A DNA stretch of 41,514 bases from assembly GCA_964635815.1 (NCBI GenBank), contig CAZWQH010000003.1, positions 1 to 41,514 of the forward strand. Reading direction: 5' to 3'. The notes beneath the pieces are model-generated. The model worked only from the letters and a program-made list of their open reading frames with translations. It was not told the DNA's origin and searched no databases. The DNA comes from an uncultured Sandaracinaceae bacterium. Its GTDB lineage: Bacteria > Myxococcota_A > Polyangia > Polyangiales > JADJQN01. A program made the position numbers and the translations under genes. Shown here piece by piece: positions 15,561 to 24,115 of this stretch (positions within the stretch are counted from its first letter, which is position 1; each line of letters opens with the position of its first letter).

Positions 15561-17802
15561 CGGCCGGCGTAGTGCGCGATGAATGCACCAAGGTGATCGC
15601 CATCGCGTACTCCATGAAGGTCGTCATCTTTGTCGAGAGCGCGGCTTCGAAGAGTTGAGTGCGCTCGGAGTCGGTCGCGAAAAAGACGCCTTCGTAGAAG
15701 CTCGCTTCGATCCGCTGCGCCGCAACGTCACCTGCAATCGTGAAGAACACGGCGCGATCGATTTCGTTGACTACGCGTTTGCAGATGGTGCCCCACCATT
15801 CCGTGTCGTGTGACCGTGCCTGAACCACGCTCAGCACCTCAGCGGAAATCGGTTTTCCGCCAAGGCGCGCGGTCGCAGCCGCCCATAGTGCGAAGTACGC
15901 TTGGCGCTCGCGATCGATCGATCGAATGACCATCGCTCGGCGCAGAATCTCCGCCGCGAGCTCCGGTGCCTCGGGGTCCAGGGCCGAGCCTTCCGAGGCG
16001 AGGAACACAAGTACCTGACTGACGCGAAACGAATCCTCGGCGAACGAATCGATGAGATCGCGCAGAGCGTTGCGTGTCGTCTCTATCTCTCCCGCGCGAT
16101 AAGCCGCGAACAGGGAGAGCAGGGTGCTCATGGAGCCCTCCGAGTCCTCTGCCCCTGCGGCCTCGCCAATGAACGCGCGCAAGCTGGTGTTTGCGTCAGT
16201 CGCCGCGCCTCGGTCCTCCGAGTAGAACGCGAGCATTCGAGAAAGCTCGATGATATGCGCTGCCATTCCTGGCTCCTGGCAAATGCGCCTGGCGATTGCG
16301 AGCGCGCTTTGCGCTTGCGCCGGGTGCACCAACATTACGTGGAGCTCCGCGAGCTGGGCGTACGCATCGCACGATTCTTCGCGCTGAGCGCTCAGTCGCA
16401 GGAAACGGTCCGCCGCTTCGGGATCCCCGATCGCTGCCGAAGCCGTTCCCATCGCGAAGTACACGGCAGGCGCGGGAGGATCGGTCGCAGCGTCTTGATA
16501 GCGCGCGAGCCAATCGGTGAGAACGCGATCGCTCGTCGCGACTAGTGCGCGCACGCCGTCACGATCGTTAGCTTGCGCATGCTCGGTGAGTGCTTTGTGG
16601 AAAATTTCGATGGCGCTGCGATGCAAGTCCTGGCTGTCTGTTTCGTCCTCGAGCGCAAGGCCATACCAGAACGACACTGCGCCTGCTGCGTGGGGCTCCT
16701 CAAGCGCGAGCTCTGCCAGACATTTGGCAAACGGAGCTCGATCACGAGCGCGTTCATAGCCAAGCGCGCAAACGCCTTTCGCGGCGGCGATCCTTTCGAG
16801 CCCTTTGTAAGCATTGGCGAGGGTAAGGATCTCGGCGGCGACTTCGTTCGCCCAGCCCTCCGGCGGAAGCTCGAGGAGCTGGTCGAACAGTGTAATCAGT
16901 GCGCGCTCGCCGGCTCCCAGGCGGTTCAATCCACGCAGATACTCTGCGGCTCCCGCAAGATCTCGATGCGCCAAGAATGCGCCCGCCCCGTTGATTGCGG
17001 CGGTGCGATAGTGATGCGCGGCCCGCTGCGGATCCATGGAAAGAACAGCGAACGCAGTGGTCAGCGTCTCGCGCAGCGCCCCGTAGAACCGTCCGAGCTG
17101 CTGGAGCGCGGTTGTGGTCGGAACCAACGCCACGTGCCGCTCCCACACGCGAACGCGGCGCTCGAGTGCAACGAGTGTGTTCGATGCGCCGACCTGAGCG
17201 GTGAGCACATCTTCGGACGAGCGCGCGAGCGACGCGTACTCTTCGGCCTCGGCCGACTGCGATACGCAACCTCCGGGGCTGCTTGCGCAGATGGCCCAAG
17301 CAGCGGCTAGCATGGTGCCTTCGTCGTGACGTGCTTGCGCGCGCTCGTAGGTCGCGCGAGCGAGGGGGCGAATGCGGCTGTCGACTCCACCGCGTGACCA
17401 CTCTGCGGGTGAGTAGAGCTTTGCGATTCGAGCAAGGCTTGAGGCGCGCGCGTTGTGATCTGCTCGTACGACGCGCGCGATGCTCTCCGGGCTAGCGAGG
17501 AAATCCAGGATCTGTCCGCGCAGCGCCTCTCGATCGGGCCCGTCGCTCAAGACCGAAAACCAACGCTCGTGATCTGCGCAGTCCGCTTCGCTCGCGATCG
17601 CGTGCGCACCGAAGGGCGACGGTCGAGAAACGGATGTTGCCGTTGCGGCGCTCGAGCCTCCGCAGTGCATCAGGAGAGCCGCGAGCGTGGACGCAAGAAC
17701 GAAGGAAGCTGGCGGCGCAATTGCCGACCGCTCGTGGGTCGGCAACAGGGTGATCCCCGACGGCTTGCCGGTCGGGAGCAAAGTACTTGCCCGGAGATGC
17801 AT
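15526..17802 (-). CDS. Large alpha-helical (TPR/HEAT-like) exported hypothetical protein
   Basis: 758-aa uninterrupted ORF, Ala/Leu-rich helical-repeat composition, hydrophobic N-terminal segment ...SFVLASTLAALLMHCGG. An alternative TTG start at 17745 gives MPTHERSAIAPP... and places the 30-nt hairpin element in the 5' leader. Confidence 0.6.
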   Translation of the reverse strand: MHLRASTLLPTGKPSGITLLPTHERSAIAPPASFVLASTLAALLMHCGGSSAATATSVSRPSPFGAHAIASEADCADHERWFSVLSDGPDREALRGQILDFLASPESIARVVRADHNARASSLARIAKLYSPAEWSRGGVDSRIRPLARATYERAQARHDEGTMLAAAWAICASSPGGCVSQSAEAEEYASLARSSEDVLTAQVGASNTLVALERRVRVWERHVALVPTTTALQQLGRFYGALRETLTTAFAVLSMDPQRAAHHYRTAAINGAGAFLAHRDLAGAAEYLRGLNRLGAGERALITLFDQLLELPPEGWANEVAAEILTLANAYKGLERIAAAKGVCALGYERARDRAPFAKCLAELALEEPHAAGAVSFWYGLALEDETDSQDLHRSAIEIFHKALTEHAQANDRDGVRALVATSDRVLTDWLARYQDAATDPPAPAVYFAMGTASAAIGDPEAADRFLRLSAQREESCDAYAQLAELHVMLVHPAQAQSALAIARRICQEPGMAAHIIELSRMLAFYSEDRGAATDANTSLRAFIGEAAGAEDSEGSMSTLLSLFAAYRAGEIETTRNALRDLIDSFAEDSFRVSQVLVFLASEGSALDPEAPELAAEILRRAMVIRSIDRERQAYFALWAAATARLGGKPISAEVLSVVQARSHDTEWWGTICKRVVNEIDRAVFFTIAGDVAAQRIEASFYEGVFFATDSERTQLFEAALSTKMTTFMEYAMAITLVHSSRTTPAATVSDATQIRE
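17756..17785. repeat. 30-nt hairpin element, copy 2 (reverse orientation)
   Basis: The reverse complement reads TACTTT-GCT-CCCGAC-CGGCAAGCC-GTCGGG. 26/30 identity to 2055-2084, with a T-A to G-C compensatory change next to the loop. Confidence 0.6.
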
Positions 17803-17837
17803 AAGGGACGTTTAGCATGTGCTAACTCCGCCTCGGC

Positions 17838-18710
17838 ATGAATATGGCGCGCTACCCCGTTGTCGTTGGCTTGGTGCTCTGTATGGGTGCGCAGGTCGGA
17901 TTGCTCTTCGTGCTGGGCGCGCTTGCTCGGCTGCGTGGAGTGTTCGCGACGCAGAATGTTGTGGCCGTCGTTGCGGCAGCGCGCGAAGACCCAGTGAATC
18001 TTATTGCAGCGCAACTGATCGTGTTCTTGCCCATCATCGCGTGGCTGAAACTGCATGCGCGCGACGGCACACTTCGCAACCCGGACGCTGACGATCCGGC
18101 GACGTTCGCATCCGCGCTGCGTCTCCGCCCCGTATCGACTCTCACATTCGTCCTTGCGTTTGTCGGTGGCGCATTCGCGCAGCTTCCACTCACCGAGATT
18201 GCAAATCTGACCGCGGAGCTGGCGCCGATTCCTATCGAAGTTCAGCTTCGGACGATGGCTCTGCTCTCGGGAGACCATCCGTTGCGCCTCGCGTTGGTAT
18301 TCCTAGCCCTGGTCCTGGTGGCACCGCTTTGTGAGGAGCTGCTGTTTCGCGGAGGGTTGCTCCCGCACTTCGAACGACGCCACGGAAAGCGCACGGCGAT
18401 GATCGCGTGTGCCGCACTCTTTGCGCTCTGTCACGCGGCGCACATACCGGCCGTCGTCGCAACGTTCGCAGCCGGACTGGCGCTAAGCGTCATCGCACTT
18501 GAGACGCGTTCGACGTTCGTCTCGATCGCTTTTCACGCTGGCGTCAATACCGTGCCGTGTCTTCTTGGCGCAACGAAGTGGTCGATCGCAGGGCTCAACG
18601 TTGCATCGAGATCACCCACGCACATCCCCCTCGCTCTCACTCTGATCGCGGCGACAAGCGCAATTGTATTCACCACGCTTGCGTGCAGAAATGCCTCACG
18701 CGTTACGTAA
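17838..18710 (+). CDS. CPBP-family intramembrane glutamic endopeptidase (CAAX protease/Abi-like)
   Basis: Multiple TM segments. Motif 1 EELLFRGGL, motif 2 FALCHA, motif 3 FHAGVN. Confidence 0.85.
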   Translation: MNMARYPVVVGLVLCMGAQVGLLFVLGALARLRGVFATQNVVAVVAAAREDPVNLIAAQLIVFLPIIAWLKLHARDGTLRNPDADDPATFASALRLRPVSTLTFVLAFVGGAFAQLPLTEIANLTAELAPIPIEVQLRTMALLSGDHPLRLALVFLALVLVAPLCEELLFRGGLLPHFERRHGKRTAMIACAALFALCHAAHIPAVVATFAAGLALSVIALETRSTFVSIAFHAGVNTVPCLLGATKWSIAGLNVASRSPTHIPLALTLIAATSAIVFTTLACRNASRVT

Positions 18711-18866
18711 CACTGGATATTTCGTGAATAAACGGCCTCGCCGATGACACGAATCTCTTGGCGTGCAAACCGGTGTTGCTTTTTGGATCGCGATCGCCGT
18801 ACAAACGCTCCGCGCGATTAACGCGAAGACTTGGAAGTAATCATTTCCCCCAAATGGAGGCTAGAC

Positions 18867-21800
18867 GTGCACGAGTTCCTGCGTAGATATTCACTAACGA
18901 TGTTGCTTTGCTCCGCTGTCATGGTTGGAGCCAGTGCGTCCTCCATAGGTTGCGGCGGGAACAATCCTCCGAATCCACCACCTGTCGATAGCGGCGGCGG
19001 CGGCACCGATAGCGGCGTAGTCGCTTCGGACGCCGGGGCGGACGCGCGTACGGACGTACCGACCACGGTCGTTCGTCTCATCGCGAATCCGACGACGGTC
19101 CCCGTCACCGAGGGTGCTACTGCAACCTTCACGATCGCGTTGAGCGCACCAGCGCCGACTGCGCTGACCGTGAATGTGGCGAGCAACAACACGGCGGCCG
19201 CGACGGTAAGTCCGGCCACTGTGCAGTTTGCAGCCGGAGACATGGCGGCAAAGACCGTCACAGTCACCGCCCCAGAAGATACGAACATCGCGAGCGAGAT
19301 GGTTACCATCACGGCGATGATCACGGGACTCGATCCCGTCAACGTTCGCGTCGACGTTACGGACAACGACATGGTTATGGTGCAAGCACCGACCATGGCG
19401 ACCGTCGTCGAAGGTCGAACCGCCGAGGTCATGGTGCGACTCAGCGCCGCGCCCACTGGCAACGTGACGATCGCGGTTTCCTCGTCCGCAACCTCGAAGC
19501 TCACCGTTGCTCCGACGACGTTGACGTTCACGCCCGCGAACTTCGCGACGGCGCAGACGATCACACTGACGGGCGTCGCTGACGACGATACCGCGAACGA
19601 CACGGCAAACCTCGTTCTGGCGGCAACCGGCGCTGCACCGGCAACCACGACGATCCCTGTATCGATCACGGACGACGATTCGCAGAACCTCGCGATCTCC
19701 TCCGGCTCGCTCCGCGTTACCGAAGGTGGCGCAGCAGGAACGTTCACGGTCACGCTCACACAGCGACCCGCAGCGAACCTCACGGTCACCATCGGAACGC
19801 GCAACATGCTCGTTGCGACGGGAGCCCCCACGACGCTGACCTTCACCCCGGCCAACTTCTCCACCGCCCAAACGGTTTCCGTGACCGGCGTGCAGGACAA
19901 CGACCTCCGAAACGACGCGACGGACATCACTGTCGATGCCCCCGGCCTCACCCAGCAGGTGGTGCGTGTCGATGTCACCGACGACGATGTTCAGACCATC
20001 GCGGTCCTTCCGGTCGGCGTAATCTCCATCAACGAAGGCTCGAACACCACGATCACGGTACGCCCGACCTTCGATCCAGGCGGCGGAACGTCGATCACGG
20101 CATCGTCCAGCGCAACCGGGAAGCTCACGGTCTCGCCGACCTCTGCACCGTTCAACAGCACGACGTTCACGATGCCGGCGAGCCTCACGCTCAACGCGCT
20201 TGAGGACTCCGACACCGCCAATGACTCGGTGACCGTCACGCTCACCGGCGCGGGCGCGGTCGACGTCACCATCATGGTGAACATCGTCGACAACGATCAG
20301 CAGGGCATCACGCTCTCTCCAGAGACCGCGGTCTCGCTTACCGAGGGCGGCACGACGACCGTCACCGCGCACCTCGACTTTGCGCCAGGCGCAACGGTCA
20401 CGCTCGCAGCAATGACGCAGAACGGCGCAGTCGCGACGATCTCGCCAGCGACCATTACGTTCAACGACGGGAACTACCTTGTTCCGCAGACGTTCACCAT
20501 CACCGCGCCTCCGGATGCGAACGGCGCCGCGGACAGCACGACGATTGCGTTTACGACCGGTAGCATCACCGAGAACCTCACCGTCAACGTCAACGATCGC
20601 GACACGCAAGGCTTCAACGCGCAGCCGAGCACCATTACGATTGGCGAAGGCGCATCCGACTCCTTCACGGTCTCGCTCAATCTCGTTCCCGGTTCGCCGA
20701 TCAACGCGGTCTTCGAGTCCAACAATCCCAAGATCACGGTCAGCCCGCCCAGCGCAACACTGAGCGACACGACACCGGTGACGGTCACGGTCTCCGGCGC
20801 GCAGGATGCGGACGCAGTAGACGAGTCCGCGATCATCACAGTCCGAGACAGTGCGACGACTCCTGCCGCGCCCTCGACGCCCGTCAACGTACGGGTTCTC
20901 GATGACGAGATGCAGCGCATCGTCCTCACGTCGCTCACTGCGCCGGCAGGCACGTCCAGCGGGAACCCGATCGCGGTTCGCGAAGGCTCCGCTCCTGCTG
21001 ACCAGTTCACCGTCGCACTCGCGGCAGCACCGGTCGGCACGGTAACCGTGTCGCTCGCGTCTACGAACACCGGTTCCATTACGGTGTCCTCGACCACGCT
21101 GACATTCGATGCTTCGAACTACATGACCCCTCAGAGCATCTCGATCACCGCGCATGACGACACGAATCTCGTGGACGAAGACGTCGAGATCATCGCGACG
21201 TTGTCGGGCGCGCCGAACAACTCGATTTTCGCGCGTAATCGCGAAGACGACCTACAGGCGATCGTCATCAACCCGAGCGGTACGATTACCGTAACTGAGG
21301 ACGAGAACCCGGCGACGTTCATCGAGGTATCGCTCCAGTATCAGCCAGCGACTACCGTCCAGATCAGCATCGCGTCCAACCAAGCGTACGCAGTCGTCGG
21401 AACAGGAACGCTTCTCTTCACGACGACCGACTACAACATCCCACAGCGCGTTCTCGTGACGACGCCGTCGGATGCTGACCAGATCAATCCAGGATCGGCG
21501 ACGATCACCGCGTCGGTTACCGGCGTTCCGAGCGTCACGGTCAACGTGGACGTGCTCGACAACGACGTTCAGTCGATCATCTTCACGCCGCAATCGCTCA
21601 CGGTCCAAGAAGACGACCCCCCCGGACCGCGCTCGCAGACGTTCGAGGTGAGCCTCGCGTTCGTCCCGACATCTGCGACCGAGACCGTCTCGGTCACCAG
21701 CACGGATACCAACAAGGCCACCGTCTCCACGCCCTCGCTGTCGTTCAACGCGGGCAACTACAGCACTCCGCAGATGGTCACCGTGACGAGCGTCGACGAT

Positions 21801-23999
21801 GTTGACGTGGACAACGAGGACATTTCGGTTCTGCTGGATTCCTCGCTCATTGCCGGCGCGGTTAACGGCACGATTTCGGTTCGCGTTACCGACAACGACA
21901 TCATCAACCTCGACAACAACCCGGTCTCCGTGACGCTGGACGAAGGTCCAGGCGGCACGACCTCGACGGTGGCAACGCTTCGTTTGACGCGCGATCCTTC
22001 GACGCCGTTGACCGTTGCGCTCGTCTCGTCCAACGCGGCCAACGTCGCCGTCTCGCCTGCGTCGCTTACGTTCGATAGCAGCAACTGGATGATCAACCAG
22101 AACTTCACGATTAGCGGCGTCATCGATGCCGACGTTCGTGACGAGCAGGAAACCATTGCGTTGACGCCAGATCGCGGCGGCGTCCCCTCGGGTGTGGTGA
22201 ACGTCACTGTCATCGACCCGAACAACCAAGGCATCGTGCTCGACACCACTTCGGTCACGTTTATCGAAGGCGGAGCCGGCGAGTTCAATGTCTCGCTCGC
22301 ACAAGAGCCGACCAATCCGGTCACGATTACGATCACGTCCGACAACGGAGAGATCGTCCCCGGTGGCCCGTTGACGTTCGACGCATCGAACTTCAGCACC
22401 GCTCAAGCGGTCTCGCTTGGCTCGCCTGAAGACATCGACCTCGACGACGAGCGCGCAAACCTTACGGTATCCATCACGTCGTCACAGGGTTCAGGGTCAC
22501 CGGAAGGTGCCACGAACCGAACGGTCAGCGCTCGCGCACGCGACAACGATACCCAAGGCATCACGGTTACGTTCTCGCCGGTCGGCCTGACCAACTCTGC
22601 ACAGGAGAACGGACCGGCTGTCCGATTCTTCGTCAACCTGACCGCGCCACCGCGCGGACCAGGCAACGACGTCCTCCTGATTACACCGCCAGCGGGTCAT
22701 ACGTTCCTCGCCCCCGGTTCGCTCACGTTTACGGATGGCAACTACGCCACGCCGCAAGAAGTGAGCTGGCAGGCTCTTCACGATGCGGATACCAACTCGT
22801 TTGCCGGGAACTTCCGCCTCCGAGTGGACGAATCGGGCGATCCGGACGGCCCGCACGCAGACGTTGTCGTCGACCATCCAATCGCAGTTCGCGATGACGA
22901 AGGTTACCCCGGCGACATCCAGACCCGTAACTTCAACACGCTCACGGGAGCGACGGAGTTCACACAGCGCGGCAACATCGCGTGGGGCATCGACACCTAC
23001 GCCATCACGGGTCGTGGAACCACCGACCTGATGGCTGCCGTCGACAACCGCGACGTCAGCGGGTCTCCCGCTTTCAGCCCTGCTATCGCGTCCGGTACCA
23101 TCAACGGAAATCCGACAACCGAGATCATCAAATGGAACTCGGATGACGGTGTCTGGGATGTGTTTTCCTCCGATGCGACCGGAATCGTCTATGCGCGCCT
23201 CTCAGCAGATGGTTCCGCGCTCGCGCTCGACCGCACCACGGTCGTCGGCGTAGGGCAAAATCCGACGGACTTCTCCGTAACACGTAACGGTTCGACGTAC
23301 GGTCTGGTCTATCGACGCGACCAAGGTTCGTTCCAGAACCTTTGGTTCACGATGGTGAACACTGGAACGGGCGCAGCGACGACCCCGACTCAGGTCAGCA
23401 CCGCGACGGGCAACACGCACCTTCATCCTCAGATTCACTACGTTGGTGGGTCGGGCTCGACCTATCTCGCAACGGCGACGCCCTGGGTGGTCCTTTACAC
23501 CGAGAGCGGCAGCAGCTCGTTCCGCTGCGTTCGTTTGACGACAGCGGGCGGAAATCTCGCGACCAAGATCTTCTCGGCCGCCGAGCACCGTGGCGACTTC
23601 TCGTCGTCGGTGTGGGACTCTGCGGGAAACCGTCTTGTGTCCGCGCATCACAACCCGGTTCAGGGTCTGGTCGCGACCGAGATCTTCCTTCCGTCGGCTG
23701 GCGCTGATGCGTGTCTCGCAGGAGTCACCGCTCAGCTTCGTACCGCTGTGGGGACGAACTTCATCTCGCCTCCGCAAATCGCGTATAACGGTGTCGAGTT
23801 CGCCGTGGCGTTCGACGACACAGTCGTCGGCGTCCCGTCGGTCGGTGTCGCGACATGGAACGGCGTCTCGGCGCTTGGCCAGAGCAACATTCTTCCCAGC
23901 AGCCCTGGGCAGAACCCCTCCATTGCGTGGGCGTTGGATCGCTGGATCCTCCGCTATGCAACAACGACGAACGTAGTGGTGAAGACCTCCGCGTTCTGA
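18867..23999 (+). CDS. Giant lipoprotein: 12 tandem Calx-beta/cadherin-like beta-sandwich repeats + ~365-aa propeller-like C-terminal domain
   Basis: GGAGG at 18856-18860, then GTG 18867. Signal/lipobox SASSIGCGG. Repeats of ~100-110 aa span 19068-22901. Each has the form ..VTEGG..FTV.L...P...VTV......SP..LTF...N...PQ.V.V....D.D... and ends in an acidic boundary (VTDNDM, ITDDDS, VTDDDV, IVDNDQ ...). The C-terminal 22902-23996 has recurring W/Y-containing blade-like segments. Confidence 0.8.
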   Translation: MHEFLRRYSLTMLLCSAVMVGASASSIGCGGNNPPNPPPVDSGGGGTDSGVVASDAGADARTDVPTTVVRLIANPTTVPVTEGATATFTIALSAPAPTALTVNVASNNTAAATVSPATVQFAAGDMAAKTVTVTAPEDTNIASEMVTITAMITGLDPVNVRVDVTDNDMVMVQAPTMATVVEGRTAEVMVRLSAAPTGNVTIAVSSSATSKLTVAPTTLTFTPANFATAQTITLTGVADDDTANDTANLVLAATGAAPATTTIPVSITDDDSQNLAISSGSLRVTEGGAAGTFTVTLTQRPAANLTVTIGTRNMLVATGAPTTLTFTPANFSTAQTVSVTGVQDNDLRNDATDITVDAPGLTQQVVRVDVTDDDVQTIAVLPVGVISINEGSNTTITVRPTFDPGGGTSITASSSATGKLTVSPTSAPFNSTTFTMPASLTLNALEDSDTANDSVTVTLTGAGAVDVTIMVNIVDNDQQGITLSPETAVSLTEGGTTTVTAHLDFAPGATVTLAAMTQNGAVATISPATITFNDGNYLVPQTFTITAPPDANGAADSTTIAFTTGSITENLTVNVNDRDTQGFNAQPSTITIGEGASDSFTVSLNLVPGSPINAVFESNNPKITVSPPSATLSDTTPVTVTVSGAQDADAVDESAIITVRDSATTPAAPSTPVNVRVLDDEMQRIVLTSLTAPAGTSSGNPIAVREGSAPADQFTVALAAAPVGTVTVSLASTNTGSITVSSTTLTFDASNYMTPQSISITAHDDTNLVDEDVEIIATLSGAPNNSIFARNREDDLQAIVINPSGTITVTEDENPATFIEVSLQYQPATTVQISIASNQAYAVVGTGTLLFTTTDYNIPQRVLVTTPSDADQINPGSATITASVTGVPSVTVNVDVLDNDVQSIIFTPQSLTVQEDDPPGPRSQTFEVSLAFVPTSATETVSVTSTDTNKATVSTPSLSFNAGNYSTPQMVTVTSVDDVDVDNEDISVLLDSSLIAGAVNGTISVRVTDNDIINLDNNPVSVTLDEGPGGTTSTVATLRLTRDPSTPLTVALVSSNAANVAVSPASLTFDSSNWMINQNFTISGVIDADVRDEQETIALTPDRGGVPSGVVNVTVIDPNNQGIVLDTTSVTFIEGGAGEFNVSLAQEPTNPVTITITSDNGEIVPGGPLTFDASNFSTAQAVSLGSPEDIDLDDERANLTVSITSSQGSGSPEGATNRTVSARARDNDTQGITVTFSPVGLTNSAQENGPAVRFFVNLTAPPRGPGNDVLLITPPAGHTFLAPGSLTFTDGNYATPQEVSWQALHDADTNSFAGNFRLRVDESGDPDGPHADVVVDHPIAVRDDEGYPGDIQTRNFNTLTGATEFTQRGNIAWGIDTYAITGRGTTDLMAAVDNRDVSGSPAFSPAIASGTINGNPTTEIIKWNSDDGVWDVFSSDATGIVYARLSADGSALALDRTTVVGVGQNPTDFSVTRNGSTYGLVYRRDQGSFQNLWFTMVNTGTGAATTPTQVSTATGNTHLHPQIHYVGGSGSTYLATATPWVVLYTESGSSSFRCVRLTTAGGNLATKIFSAAEHRGDFSSSVWDSAGNRLVSAHHNPVQGLVATEIFLPSAGADACLAGVTAQLRTAVGTNFISPPQIAYNGVEFAVAFDDTVVGVPSVGVATWNGVSALGQSNILPSSPGQNPSIAWALDRWILRYATTTNVVVKTSAF

Positions 24000-24039
24000 T
24001 CGACTGAGACATTGGAGCGAAAAGCTCCGGATCGAACGA

Positions 24040-24070
24040 CGCCGCGCTTCACAGCGCGGCGTTTTTCTTT
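24040..24070 (+). terminator. Rho-independent terminator after the giant lipoprotein gene
   Basis: CGCCGCGC (24040-24047), loop TTCACA, GCGCGGCG (24054-24061), followed by TTTTTCTTT. Confidence 0.75.
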
Positions 24071-24115
24071 AAGTAGAGGCTGCGTGCAATTTGCACGGCC
24101 CCGGAGGAAGCGTAG

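Noticed and set aside
18818-23777. Many long minus-strand ORFs (for example 18894..21155 at 753 aa, 21252..22406 at 384 aa, 18818..19978 at 386 aa) antisense to the giant lipoprotein gene
   Set aside because: Their translations are Arg/Gly/Asp-rich and low in complexity, with no motifs. Open antisense frames are expected opposite a high-GC, Thr/Val/Ala-rich repeat gene. The + strand ORF has an RBS, a lipobox, coherent domain repeats and a terminator.
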